This document shows positions 1 through 12,819 of a stretch of DNA of 64,000 nucleotides, one piece after another. Position 1 is the first letter of the stretch; each line of letters begins with the position of its first letter. A program made the position numbers and the translations under genes. The notes under the pieces were generated by a model. That model was not told the DNA's origin. It ran no database searches and saw only the letters and a program-made list of their open reading frames with translations. This DNA comes from Vicugna vicugna (Eukaryota). The stretch is taken from contig MU058824.1 of NCBI GenBank assembly GCA_013265495.1, positions 1,577,111-1,641,110 of the forward strand, given 5' to 3'.

Positions 1-1349
1 GAAAACAAGGGCAGTCTGCCCCTTCATGCTGTGAGCAGGTTTACTGAGTGTTGAGTAGTTGGCAGCTAAGTGGAGACAGCAGGGCAAGCTGCAGAGTGTC
101 CATGACTAATAGTGTCTGTGATTCCATCCCTAGGCTTGGATGAGGTTAGGTGATTACATTCAGTTCAGCACCCATTACTTGGGTGCCCAGTGGATGCTGG
201 AGCTACAGCAGATCCAAAGGTGAAGTAGGGCCTGGTTCTGACTTTAGCAGCTGTTTAGAGGAAATTACTATCAAGTTGTTGAAATGTTTTATATATCTTT
301 GGCAGTTTTTTTTAAAGGTTCAAAACTTAAAAATTATTCAAGTAAAATAGAAATCTTAAATGTTGAGACTGGTGGAATTTAGCCAAGACTCCCTTTTTAA
401 TTCAAGTGAAGTGATCACAAGGAAAAGAGGTAAAAATTGAGGGAGCCTCAGAGCCAGTTCCAGGTTATAGAAGAGGCCTGTCCTGAGGCCACCACAGTGC
501 CACTCTTTCTGGTTAGGAGAGAGGATCTGCATGGCCAGAAGCACCTGGTTTTCCCCTAGGCCTGGCAGGGGAGGTCCCGGGTCAGCAGGGCACTTCCCAA
601 GGAAAGGTAGTTTATAAAGGAACCACTGGAACCTTTAGAGGGAGCAGCTGCCAGTGGAGATGCTGGCACCATATGTGGCCAGCTGGATCTCCAGCACGGG
701 CTTCTGGGTCGGGGGAGAGGGCAATTATGAGGTTCTTTCTGAAATAGAGTGTGGGAAACCAGGATTTTCTAGACCCATCATAAATGGGTCTTGTATCTGA
801 AATTTTTTTCTTTGCATATGCGTGTGTGAGAGGGATGGTTGATGATTAGATATGAGGCTGAAATTTATACTAGGTTAATTAAGTTGTATTTGTAGGAAAA
901 TTGTGTCACTGCAAGGTATGCTGTTTCTCCTCTTCCAAGGGTAGGGGGTGGGGTGGCGCTGTCCCGTCCATCCCCAGGCAATGCCAGTCTCCTGGCAGCT
1001 GCCATCTTCATGGTATGGTGGTCTGGGTCACACTAGATGTGCAAGGCAACGACAGGTATCAGAACACACAATGGATACTTTGGGTGAATACAACCTGTTT
1101 CTATCATGATTGCTGGATGTCTGGGAGTGAGAGGTCCTGCTGGGGAGGACACTGTCTTGAGACATCTTAGGCATAAAGCTTCTGGCAGTCTCCATTGCTG
1201 TGCCCTGGGCAGAACCCCCTACTCAGCTGCCCATGAGCCATCACAGACTCTTCTGGAAGGAAGAAAGGAAGTACAGGGCAAAAGGAGAGGAAGAACTAGC
1301 CCTGGATGGGGAGTGGGGCCGTGGTTCCAGCCCCATCCCCACCAGCCTC

Positions 1350-1470
1350 TCTGTTGCCCTGGACAAGTCACTTCCCCTCTCTAGGTCTCCTTCTTCAACT
1401 TGAACCTGGTGGGTTTGAACTAGATTATCTGCAAGTATGCTTCCAGCTCATATATTTTGAGTCTGTGATT
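1350..1470 (+). mobile_element. MIR-family SINE fragment (MIR3/MIRc-like)
   Basis: ccctggacaagtcacttcccctctct core and ...cttccagctc...gagtctgtgatt tail. Confidence 0.55.
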
Positions 1471-1649
1471 AGAATTGGACTCTAAGCATTTCTCATTAAT
1501 CTAGAACACCCTTTGGGTAACTCTGTAGAGTTATTATGTGCTTTGTTCTGGGTCTCTTTCCAGGTCTTTTCATCTCTTTGTTCCCATTTTGTACTCTTAT
1601 TTTTAGCTCCTCTTTTTCCTCACCACCCTTCTTCATAAAAGATTTGGGA

Positions 1650-2345
1650 GACAGACAGACTTGGGTTTGAATCCAGGCTGTACCACTTCTGTTTGTGTGA
1701 TTCCAGGCAAATTATTAATAGCTTATCTAAGCCTGAGTTTACTCACATGTCAGACAGGAATAATATCTATTCTCTGGTTGTTATGTTATTAAATGACATA
1801 CTCAGGTATATGAGCAAGTGTTCTCTGGCATATATATCTATGTGCTAAATTTCTATTACAGCCGACGCAAATTACCACAAATTGAGTGGCTTATAACAGC
1901 ACAGATTTATTATCTCACGGTTCTGGATGTCAGAAGTCCAACGTGGGTCTCCATGGGATAAAGTCAAGATGTCAGCAGGACTGCGTTCAGGAGGCTAAAG
2001 AGGAGAATCTGTTTTCTTGCCTCATGGAGCCTGCCTGCGCTCCTTGGCTTGTGGTCCCCTATGGCTTCCTAAGGCCTTGATGGCCACTCGAGTCTTCTCA
2101 CACTGCCTCCCTCTGACATTTACTTTTCTGCCTCTTGCTCCCACTTTAAGGATCCTTAAATTCCACCCAGATAATCCAGGATAATCTCCCTATTTTAAGG
2201 CCAGCTAATTAGCAATTGAATTTCATCTGTGGCCTGATTCTCCTTTGCCATGTAACCTGCATATTCAGAGTCTGGAGATTAGAATGTGGACATACTTTGG
2301 GGGCCATTATTTCTGCTGACCACAGTAAGCCTTCAATAAATAGCC
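1650..2345 (+). mobile_element. MIR SINE whose 3' end is interrupted by an MLT1 LTR
   Basis: gacttgggtttgaatccaggct...ctggcatata before the LTR; the MIR tail gtaagccttcaataaatagc resumes at 2325. Confidence 0.7.
1841..2324 (-). mobile_element. MaLR solo LTR, MLT1D-like
   Basis: tg...caca ends; aaattaccacaaa...tggctta, tctcacggttctgga..cagaagtcc, cccagataatccaggataatctccc, gggggccattatt hallmarks. Confidence 0.85.
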
Positions 2346-2619
2346 TTGTTCATGAATGTTATTACTCTCACCTTTCTCTGGGGAAGCAGAAGTGAGGGGT
2401 CACCAGAAAAGTGGAGGGACAGGTTCTCAAAGAAGCCAGATGCACTTCCCTTTCCACATACAGTGTGCCGACCCAGGACCTCATTCCTGGGTGGGGGTTT
2501 TGCCTTTTTACCAGGCTGCCTGTGGCAGAAGGTTAGACTTACTGAGTCAGTGCAGAGGCCTGGAGCTTAGAGGACTTGGCACTGGAGGAAAATTTTAGTT
2601 CAGCAGTGTCTGATGGAAG

Positions 2620-2830
2620 TTGTTAAATGGTCAGAGCTCTTCAAAATTGGGATGGGTCACCCTTGAAGGAAAGGAGCTCCCTATCCTTGGAGGTGTGTAA
2701 GCAGAGGCCAGGTGAGCTAGATCAGTGTTTCCAAACATCTCTCACCACCAGATTCCCAGACCTCATCCCTGACCCATTGGACCAGAGTCTCCAGTGGAGG
2801 GCCTGGGACTCTGTATTTATGAGCAACTTG
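2620..2830 (+). mobile_element. L3/CR1 fragment followed by MER5-like hAT MITE fragment
   Basis: gagctccctatccttggaggtgtgtaagcagaggcc (L3 3' region), then cagtgtttccaaac...gattcccagacctcatccc...gggcctgggactctgtattt (MER5-like). Confidence 0.55.
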
Positions 2831-3679
2831 GAGCGAGGTACTTGAAGGAGACAATGGCTCAAAGGTTCTTCCACCTCTGAGATACTTTGCTCCAGAAATT
2901 TTTTTTTGTTTCCAAAATTCTTTTTTGCTTTTCAAAAACGAAATGAAATATCTGTTTAAATCCCTGTCACTCCTTTGTGAGGGACTGACTTCCCTCCAAG
3001 GGCATGCTTCAGTTTCCTGAGAGATCTTGAGGCTGAACCTTGTGCTCACCCTGACACGACCTAAGGGCCTCCCTTTACAAGTAACAGGTGACTCTGAGGG
3101 TTGGGGAGAGAGTTGGGCAGCCCCACAATTCATTCCTTTGCCCACAGAGGTAATTTCTGATAAATTCTTGGCCTTTTATTTTTACCGAGTACCTTGATGG
3201 AGAATTGAAATTTATTTTTCTTTCCCCAGTGCATTTTCATATGAACTTAAATTGCCGGTATTTCTGGCATAACCTAATATGTTGTCATGCCACCCACATC
3301 TTTTTTCGTAACGAAGAAAGGTGAGGGGCACAAGACTGCTTCCTTGGTGAGGTTTGCTGTCTCCTGCCTTGGAATTATTGCTGGAGCATATTTATGATGC
3401 AGAAACCCAGGCTCCACTCCAACTCATGGAATCAGAATAGGGGGCATGGCAGGGTGTGCAAGGGAGTTGGGATGCTAGGGGCACAGTGAGGGGAGGCTGA
3501 GGTCTGCACATTAAGCACACTGTACAGGTGATTTCTAAACTCTGAGAAGCACCATAAATGCTCAGTTTCATGGGGAAAAAACAGCTAAAGAGAGGAAACC
3601 TTTACCCAGTCTATAAGGCCATCTTTTACTTCATCTTCTACTCTTATCTCTTCCTCTTGCAAATACACTTGTACCCCCT

Positions 3680-3870
3680 GTATTCCAGCCACACTAAATT
3701 TGTCTTCATTTCCTGAACATGGCCTGAAGGTTCACATCGCCTTGCCTTTGCTTAGGCAGTTCCTTCTGCCTGATCTGTCCCTTTTATTTTGATTGTCACA
3801 TCTGACTTAAAGGCTCAACCTACAGATGCCTCCTTCTGGAAGCCTGCTCTGATTTCACCTCAGGAGGCAG
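3680..3870 (+). mobile_element. L2 LINE fragment
   Basis: ccagccacact...ttcctgaacatg...gcctttgc...gttccttctgcctg; ctccttctggaagcct. Confidence 0.6.
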
Positions 3871-4758
3871 TCACACCTCTTGCCTTTGTGTGTGCCTTTC
3901 CCTTTGTTTGAGCTAGAGCGTGATAGTTAAATGAGTTGTATTGAGAGTTCCAGGTAGTATTTCTGGCTCTGTCTCCCACACTGTTGTTCTGGATGTTAAC
4001 TGGATGGCACTTACTCTCACCTTGGCCTCCTTACCTCTCCCAATCCCAGACTCTGACACGTAGGGGTCACTCTTTAGATGTGTGTGGAATGAAGGGACCA
4101 CTATGCCAGTTGTCCCCTCCTAAACTTTGCCTGGTGTGCCCTCCCAGCTTCAGTGGCTGTCCCAAAATGCCCTGTGGTTGCTAGAAGCTCTGAACGTGCC
4201 AGTTCTGTGAATCCCTGATGAAAATAGACAGAGCAGTATGCTAATCAGGGAAAGATTGTCTTTATAGAGTACAGCTGATAAGATAATTTGCATATTCTGG
4301 TTCATTGTTGTATTTCGAGTAAGTTACATTATTCCTTAAAGGAACTGGGGCCGAGTAGCCTGCAGGAAGATATAGCAGGAGATGTGCTGTCAGGAGCAGG
4401 CTGGGTCCCAGAGAACAAAATTAGGCTGAAAGCTGGGGGATCACAGGGAGGCAGATGTTTTAGGTTGGTAATAGGTAGGGCTTTGACTGTCAGAGCTGCC
4501 AGAAATGAAGGGGTTTGACTGTCAGGCTTCCTCTTGAGGTGATAAGTTCCCTGTCACTGGGGGTGTTCAAGGAGAAGCTGAATGAGCCTAAAAGGTTTGA
4601 TAGCTGGTAAGAGGCGTGGCTCCCATGCACTACAACGCCAAGGGTCACTGATTCTCTGGTTGTGTGTTCCTTCTTCCAACTCTCTGATGTCTACACTTTT
4701 GATGGGCATTGAATTAATAGTTGTTTATTCTTTATTTTAACTAATAATAGTTTATCAG

Positions 4759-5193
4759 TTTATTAGTTCTCTAAGGTGCTATAATAAATAATCACAAACT
4801 GGGTGGTTTTAAACAACAGAAATTTGTTGTTTCACAGTTCCAGAGGCTAGAAGCCCAAAATTAAGGTGTCAGCAGGGCCACACTCTCCCTGAAGGCTCTA
4901 GGGGAAGATCCTTCCTTGCGTCGTCTTATGGTTCCTGGTGTCTTTGGCCTGTGGCGTCATCTCTCCAATCCCTGCCTCCATCTTCACATGGCCTTCTTCC
5001 TTCTGTGTCTCTCTTCATCTTCTCTTTTAATAGGGACACCAGCCAGTGGATTTGGAGCCTGCCCTAAACCCAGGATGATTTCATCTCAAGATCCTTAATT
5101 AATTACATCAGCAAAGACCCGATTTCCAATAAGGTCACATTCTGAATTTCCAGGTAGACATGAATTTGGAGGGGAACACTACTCAACCCACTA
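4759..5193 (-). mobile_element. MaLR solo LTR, MLT1B/C-like
   Basis: cacaaactgggtgg..aaacaacagaaattt, aaggtgtcagcagggcc, tccctgaaggctctagggga, tcatctcaagatccttaa, aataaggtcacattc. Confidence 0.85.
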
Positions 5194-5442
5194 AAAATAA
5201 GTATAAAACATCTCTCCAGGGCAGTGTGCTCACCGTCTAAGGCTCTGCCCCAGGAAGTTCCATATTGTTGTAGGCCTCTAAGTGTATGGACTGAAGTAGT
5301 GGGAGTGATGTTCTATCCAGGGCCCAAATCAAGGAAGCTAGCTGGGAGTTGAGCTGATGTCTTTGCCCATCCCCTGAGCAGCCCTGAGATCTTCTGCAGA
5401 CTCGTGCACAATGACAGGTTTCCCCCTAAAGCCCCCACGGCC

Positions 5443-5904
5443 TCATATGGCAGCTATGAAAATGCACCTCTGCCATCCCCACCAGTGGCAAGTGTAACCG
5501 ACCACACTCCAGGTACTGCCATCTGAAACCCATCACTGCTTTTGTGCTGAGGTCAGGCTTCCCATGGACTGCTCCCAGCCAGTGCTGAGCTGAGTGGAGA
5601 TACTAGGACACTAGAACACAACAGAACAGGCCTAGTTGTGGGAGATGTGAGACTCCTCTGATGACACTGGGTTCAAGGACTACCCATTGACCCTTGCCGA
5701 GCACCCCTAAAACTGCACTGCAGTCCAAGGCTCTTCCACCGACCACCCCTCCCCGCTGCCCTCTGTCAGACCCAAGTTGTGGTCTGATCCTCTCCTGTCC
5801 CCTTTGGCTCCTGGCCCATTTTCTCTCACAGGCGTTTCCCCTGTTAATCTCTTGCACATCAAACCCTGTCCTAGCCTCTGCTTCTCGGAGGAACTGGACC
5901 GACA
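5443..5904 (+). mobile_element. ERVL solo LTR, LTR16 family (LTR16C/E-like)
   Basis: ctgctcccagccagtgctgagc, aactgcactgcagtccaaggctcttcc, cacaggcgtttcccc..atctcttgcac, tctgcttctcggaggaac..gaca. Confidence 0.8.
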
Positions 5905-6810
5905 TGGGATGGATGTCGGAGAAGCATTCTTGCTGGTTCTACAGTTGCCCACGGCAGTGACCAGACCAACAGCTCGCCCTTTTGCACTGTTTCTTCTTTC
6001 TTATCCCACCTCCCTGCTTCCTTGCTGGATGACCTCTCTGCCCTCCAGCAAGCTCTGCTCTCGGGGAAACCCACACAAATGCAAGATGCTACATACTAAG
6101 AGTAACTCTAGATTTCTCACAAGTTATTCTCTGTTTCAAATACAGAATCATACAGGTTAGGCCTGGGCACAGCCTTCTGTTACAGATGGGACAGTATTGG
6201 CCCAGGGGAGACTCAGTCGCCCCTCAGTGAGGGGAAGGGTTGCTTGTCCTTGATTTTCCTATTTTCTTTGTCTTGCATGATTCTAGATGCCCCTCTTGTT
6301 TCTATTCCCCTTCATTGTGTGGCTTCCAACATGCCTCTCTTTTCCATGACCTGCTTCTCTCCCGTCCCCAGGCATCACCTTGGGAAGACCCCCTCCCCTG
6401 CTGCTCCCCTAAACAAATCCATTCCCTGCAGTAGGTGTTCGAAACCATTGGTATTTATTTCCACGGTTTTCTAATTTTTGTGGGCTTTCTTTTTCTAGGG
6501 TGATTTTAGATCAGCTTTCCACCTGCCATCAGCTCCTCTCTCCTCTAACAGTTTTCCCCAAACTGCCCTTCTCAGCACTTGCTCTCACTAAGATTTTGAA
6601 TTTATTTTTCTACTTTCAGGTAAATTGAGGCTTGAGGGGTCTGCATCTTCTGTTTTATTGTAGATGTGCTTTTTATTTATTCTTTTCCTTACTGTTTCTT
6701 GGAGGCAATATCAGGAGTTTTGGACTTAAATGGCCACCATTACCTCGGCCCCCACTCCCGGAACTCTCCTGTGCCCCTGATGTTTTTGCTGCCTTTCCGA
6801 GGTCTTGTGA

Positions 6811-7013
6811 CAGTGGTGTCATGGAGCCAGCTTGTACTGGCTCACGAGAGCTGATGTTAACTTCTCAGGAGTTTTTGAGGCTGACTGACTTCACGTTAGT
6901 AGCTTGAAATTGGCGATGATGGGAGTCTTCATACCATGGAAATTGGCCACCACTACAAACCAGGCCTTCCCCTTCCCCCAGGTGTTTATTAAACACTGAC
7001 CAGCACACTATTG
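6811..7013 (+). mobile_element. MER63A-like hAT-Blackjack MITE
   Basis: Terminal inverted repeats cagtggtgtcatgg / ccagcacactattg; internal tcacgttagtagcttgaaattggc and ccatggaaattggc. Confidence 0.85.
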
Positions 7014-7139
7014 ACAGCTTACAGTTATGCTTCTCCAGCAGCCTGTGCACTTTCTGAGGCTGTCCTGAGTGCACTGCATCCCTTGGCACATAGAGGCTCC
7101 AGTGGGTGTTGAGTGAATGAGTGATACCTACTGAGTATT

Positions 7140-7621
7140 CCAGGTGCTTACCACTCTGTGCAAACCATCCCAAACTTGGTGGTGAAGCAGCCACTATTCC
7201 ACTATTTTATTATGCTCAAGGACCCTGTGGGTCAGGAAATCAGGCCACAGCAGGAATGGCTTGTCCTATCCTACGATTGGGAAGACTTGATGCCTAAACT
7301 TAGCTGAGACTGTAGACCAGAGACCCTACACACAGCCTCTCCATGTGGTTTTGGCTTCTCACAGAAAGTGGCTGGGTTTTAAGACAGAGCATATTGTGAC
7401 TGCCAAAAAGAAATTCTTGGACTGCATGTTTCAGGAGAGCCAGGTAATGGTTGTGTGGCCTTTATGACTCAGTCTTAGAGGTAACATAGTATCACTGTCA
7501 CTATACTTTATTGATTAGAGGAGTCACAAGTCTCTCAGATCCGAGAAGGTGGGGCATAGACCTTTCCCCTAAGGGGAGATGTGTCTTAAGACCTTTTGTG
7601 ACACATTTTTAAATGGCCACA
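7140..7621 (-). mobile_element. MaLR solo LTR, MLT1F/H-like
   Basis: ctgtgggtcaggaa, gcctctccatgtgg..tggcttctcacag, gtcacaag, ends ...aaatggccaca. Confidence 0.7.
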
Positions 7622-7637
7622 CTGACTAAGACAAGGA

Positions 7638-7790
7638 GCTACATTTATTGAGCACCTGCTATGTGCCAGATGCTTTATATACATCATCTCTATTTCTTCA
7701 CAACTATAATGTTATAATTTCCATTTTGCAGATAAATAAATAGGCTTAGAGAGGTTAAGGAGCTTGTGTAAGGTCACACAGCCATAAATC
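7638..7790 (-). mobile_element. MIR SINE
   Basis: catttattgagcacctgctatgtgccag...ccattttgcagat...agagaggttaag...aaggtcacacagc. Confidence 0.8.
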
Positions 7791-8509
7791 ATTATGACCC
7801 TTCTACTAGGACTTAACTTAAGTTCATTTGTGGAGTACAATGTGACTTCTGTTAGGCTTGGGGAGCCAAGGGTACATAAGACCCAATCTTGCTTAGAGAG
7901 CACAAAACAAACTCAGTCTGGCATATATGTATCCCCATGGCATTTTAGCATCCAGCCAACTGTGGTTGGGTATGAGCAGTGCTTCACTGTGCCTAAAAGT
8001 CAATCAAGACCACGTGTGTAGGAAGTGCTGAGTAATTGCTCTTGTCCAGGCTAATTCAGCTTCAGAACCTCAAGTCTGAAGTCAGTAGTGTGGAGTACTT
8101 CAAATTAGCTGTAAAATTTCAATCCAATTGCTAAACTGCCTAAATTATCAAGTTTGCTCATTGCTAGTTGAATGCATGCATAATTAATTTTTTTCTAAAG
8201 TCTGGACTAAAAGCTGCTGAAATCAGATCTTTTTTCTTGAATTAGATTCAAATGTCACAGGGAAGTCTTTGGTTTTATGATGTAACCCAAAGCAGTGCAC
8301 AAGTTTAAAGAATTTTTAGTTGAGCTCTATATTGGGGAGGGAGATAAGTTAGAGGGCCCAATATTTGTAAAATTAAAATTACATTCTTACTGATTGAGTG
8401 CGTCTCCATTGATGACAAATAGGAACCAGAGTATTGCCATAACTTTTATTATCAGGATTGATAACTCACATTTGCTAAAATCTTTTAGATTGATTAGAGA
8501 TCTTTTAGA

Positions 8510-8790
8510 TTAGATTAGAGTGTTAGCTCCATGGGGTCAGGGATATCTGTCTATCCTCAGTGTACAGGATAAGTAGTTACTGGCACAGAGTGGACACTTA
8601 ATAAGTATTTGTTGAATTAGCTAATTGATCACAGCCATATCCTTATAGAATAGAAACTTTCATTATCATTACATTTCATTTCATTTTACTAATGAAGAGG
8701 CTGAGTCTTAGAAAGGTAAATTGTCTTTTCTAGGGTCACACAGGCAGGAAGTTAGTCAAGGCCTGGATCCAAATTTCTGGACTCCTTACC
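8510..8790. mobile_element. L2 3' end (+, ~8510-8625) and MIR fragment (-, ~8680-8790)
   Basis: agctccatggggtcaggga...tggcacagagtggacacttaataagtatttgttgaat; then cattttactaatgaagaggctgag...ggtcacaca. Confidence 0.65.
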
Positions 8791-8936
8791 CTGTATTTCT
8801 TTTTTCCTAAGTGTGTAAACACACCACAGAAGTTTTCAAGAGGTGTTTGTGAATTGCAAATCCACTCAGTTTGATTTTGATGACTATCATTGATGGTTTT
8901 TATATTAACATAGTATTTAATAATGGTTTACAGTAG

Positions 8937-9040
8937 CAGTGCTGAACAATAGAGCTTTCTCTGATGATGGAACTGTTGTATATCTGCAGTATTTAACGTG
9001 GTAGCCACTGACCACATATGGCTAGTGACTATTCGAAAAA
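8937..9040 (+). mobile_element. MER3-like hAT-Charlie MITE, 5' half
   Basis: cagtgctgaacaatagagctttctctgatgatggaac...gtagccactgaccacatatggcta. Confidence 0.75.
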
Positions 9041-9578
9041 AAAGTGAGAACTTCCCTTTTTTCCCCTACAAAGAGAGACTTGAGGCCCACGAGGGAAAAA
9101 GGCTTCCTAGGGGCTTGCTGTGATTTCAGCGTAGACATGGGCTAGGACCCTAACGTCCTACTTCCTTCACTGGCTCTTTCCCTTTATCATGTGGTCCTTG
9201 CTGGCTTGAAAATCTAGTTTCACAAATTCCCAGTGGTCTCCCAGCTTCCCCAACAAATTCCCTTTGCTTCTCTTTTCTCCTTCTGCTGTCTGTGTTTTGA
9301 TCATTTTTTTGATCCTGTTGCTGCTGAATTAAAGAAATGAAACATGAAAGGAAGTGGAAACTGAGTCTGTCCTACCCTGGTTGGTCACTGGGCCTCTAAT
9401 CACACTCCTGCAACCCCCAGTGCTCATTACCTGTTGCCCGATTTCCAGGGTGTCTGGATGCTCTTGGCTGCCAGTAATAAAAAAGCCACTCAGAGTGACA
9501 TAAACCGTAAGGAAGCCCGTAGGCTCACAATGAGAGGTCCAGAGTAGGTGGGTATTCGGGGCAACTCATTCCTGTAAC

Positions 9579-9852
9579 AGAGCCACCTTATCTATAAGGT
9601 ACAGTAGGCACAATGTCTAGGGCCCATGGTAATTTTAATGCCCACAAAAATGCTTTAATATTTTTAAAATAAGAAGACAAGAACTTTGAAGTTGGAGAAA
9701 ATGTGTTGATATATGATTTTAATAATTCATCTTTATACCAGTGCAGTCATAAAATGTAATTTTTAGTACAAGCACATTCATATTTATTTGTTTATTGAGG
9801 AAGGGGCCTAGGAAGGCAAAAATACCTAGGCCCTCTCAAGTCATAGTGGGAT
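9579..9852 (+). mobile_element. hAT-Tip100-type MITE (ORSL-like)
   Basis: taggcacaatgtctagggccca at the left and ggcaaaaatacctaggccc at the right, with an AT-rich centre including ctttataccagtgcagtcataaaat. Confidence 0.6.
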
Positions 9853-11639
9853 TTTGTCCTAGGAAAAAAACTCCAGGCAACTTTTCTCTTAGTTCACAGG
9901 CCCAAATTTTCCAAGAACATTCCTTCAGGGAGCCGTGTATTCTAACAGCTGCAGCAATCAAGATCAAGGAAAAGGGGCTTAGACTCACGAGCCAGGACCC
10001 CACAGAGAGCTTGGCTGCTACACGAGGGGGAGGGCTGAGCCCAGATGAAAATCAAGGTCTGTCAAGGGAGAGAAAGATGAAGGCTACTTAGGAAACCCCC
10101 AGTATCCACAATGTCCACTTAAAGAAGTCAGTGGGCAGAGAATATCAAGCTGTTAGAGGTATGAGGAAAATGATGGCCCCTGCTTTCAGGTTTGGTTTAT
10201 ATGATCTAGTCCCAAGGAGGAGAAGACGGCCTGTGATTTAAGGAGCTCCTCGTGATAAGTGTGCTTCTTCAGCTTAATGATTAGAATCAGCTTGGGTTTG
10301 ATTTAAGAGCAGGAAGAAATTCTGGGCTCGTCATCTGAACATTTCCAGTCTTTTCTGTGAAAATTTTATGATTCTTTAGTAAAACAATAGCATAAACCTG
10401 AATATCCTGTTTTCTCTTTATAAATAAGGGCACATATAATTTTGAAGCATATTTGAAAAAGTGTAAATATCAAGCACAAATGAATTGCCTCACTCATTAA
10501 ACCTTAGCTCAGTCTGTGCTTAGATGAACGCTAATGTTTAGTACCAGGTGTGTATAGGAAGGATCCCTTTCCTTACCCAGAATTGGTGATTGACTCTTAG
10601 TTTTGACTCAGCTTTAAATCTGGCCGTCAATTTACAGTGCTGGGAGGGGAGAAGGGCCCAGCCCTGCCCTTACATCTGTGTGTGTTCTCCTGTGCAGCAC
10701 GGAGGAGGCTGGGGGAGCTGCAGGTAAGAGAAGTTGGCTGGTGGGGAGCCCACACTCTGTCATGCAGCAAACCCTTGCCCTTTCCTCTTACGGAAAAATA
10801 TCTTGAGTAGTAGTTGGCAGGAGGTGTTGGAGGCAGGGTCGTGTGTGAAGGCAAGTTCCATTTTCAGGGCGGTTTGGATCACACAGAGCAGAGAGCGAGG
10901 TGTGATTGCTGGGAGAAAAAGTCAAGTACAGTGGCATAGCTAATAGAAAAGCTTTGAAATAGCATTACATGTACTTTTTATATAAAGGGGAGAGAAAGAA
11001 AAGGTGTTACCACCTAAAGTGGGCAATTTCACAGAAAGCTCAAGTGTTTCTCAGCCAAGAGGTGCCCCGGAGCTGGTCAAACACCAACAAATGCCCAGAG
11101 AAGGCACTGGCCTTAGCAAGTGCAATTCAGGGGGAGTTATGGCCAGCAGGCAGCCCAGATAATTAGCTCCCCTTCCTTTGAAAACTTATTTGTGTATCTC
11201 TTTATAACATGTGGCTTTAGGACACCTGGGTAGTAGCAAAAGTCCTACTTTGAAGTCAGCCCAGGCTTCTAGTTCTTTCTTCTTTCAGGCTTTCCTGGTC
11301 TTCAACCTCCTCATCTGTAAAATCGGGCTAAAATTAAAAGGTTATTCTTGGGTCCAAGTGGGATCATTTGAAACACATGTAAGTCATTATTCTTGTATCT
11401 CACATCTTGTAACTTTTCAAAGCGTCTGTTCTGATTGCTGTTTGTTAATGGTGCTAAAGGAAAGCTACATTTTTTCTAAAATTCTCTGTGTTTGAGAATC
11501 ATCCTTATCTGATTAAAAGCCATTTGGCTATAACCCACGGATGCAAAAAGTTTTGAAACAGTTTTCCAGCAGAAGGTCTGTCTGCCGATGCCCAACTTCA
11601 GGCCCAATTGAACAGGCCAATTTAATTCTCCAGGCTCTG

Positions 11640-11770
11640 CCTGAAGAGCTGTGTGACCTTGGGCAAGTTAACTTCTCATCTGTAAAATCAGTTTTTCCCT
11701 TGGTAAAATAGAGGGGCTGAACCAAATGGTCTTGGAGGTCCCTTCCGGCTCCTTTGGTTTGTGATTTCGT
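11640..11770 (+). mobile_element. MIR-family SINE fragment
   Basis: gctgtgtgaccttgggcaagttaacttctcatctgtaaaat...gaggtcccttcc. Confidence 0.7.
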
Positions 11771-12819
11771 AGTTTACTGAACCTCAGGTTGGGGTGCTGC
11801 TGAGAGCCTCAGAAACCGAGGAGAATGGCCATGGGAATTCACAGAGCATCAGCCAGTGCACGCATCCCCTTTAAAACACCCTGGATGGGTGTTCACCTGC
11901 CACCTGCCCTGTGTGGACGCTTCCATGTGACAGGGAGGGCACTGCTTCACGAAACAGCTTTCCCCAGTTCAGCTGCTCTAGTTGTTAGTCAGGTATTCGT
12001 AATGAGAGTAACAGACCCACAGGTGGACACAGTTTACAAAGGCTTCTGGAATGCAGTATTCTACCTGATTGTTCCAGATGATTCCTGCAATAGCCAGAAC
12101 AATGGACAAGAGATTGGGGAATAACTTATCCCAACACTGTCTCACTCACAGCACCTAAACCCTTGACTTAGCAGCCTGTTTCTTGGGTGCATTTTGACTG
12201 CTCTTCCCAGTTTGCCCTTTGAGGTCCCAGAGGCAGGCTTTGGGTGGTCCGGGCATCCTTCCAGAGGAGGGGAGAGGCGCCCAAGGGAGATGACATGGCC
12301 CATCACAGCTTGTTGGCTTCTTGGCCTCCAATCTCAGTAGCTTATATTCAAGGAGGAAGCTCAGGAACCAACGTGGACTCAGAGCATCATGGGGAAAGCT
12401 GCAATCGGGGCCACTCTGCCAGACTGGCTTTTCAGGGGCTGAGGCTAACCTACCTCAGGAAGCCAGATCCCACATCCTTTCAACTCAGCTGTCTCATCTT
12501 TTTCAAGAAAGGGGATTTCAAACCGAGGTGTGTTCATGTTCCAGGTTCTCCTTATTCCCAAGGCAAGATGATCTCAGTGGTATCTTAAAATTCGTTTCCT
12601 TGTAACTTCTCTGCTAGCTCAGTTCTCCAGAAGAATCCAGAAAAGTTCCAGTCAGAGGCAAAAATGCATGACTGTTGACTGACTGAATGCTTGTTTATCT
12701 TCCCCCAAAGAGAAGGCATTTTAGGTCACTTCACAATGGGTGGAACAGAGTAGGCAACTTTATACAAGCAACATGCAAACTGGACGAAAGGTCCTCATGC
12801 TTAGTGTTTCTTCAGATAA

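Noticed and set aside
955..975. ggcgctgtcc resembling a REST/RE1 site
   Set aside because: Only one half-site; the required GGTGCTGA half is absent at canonical spacing.
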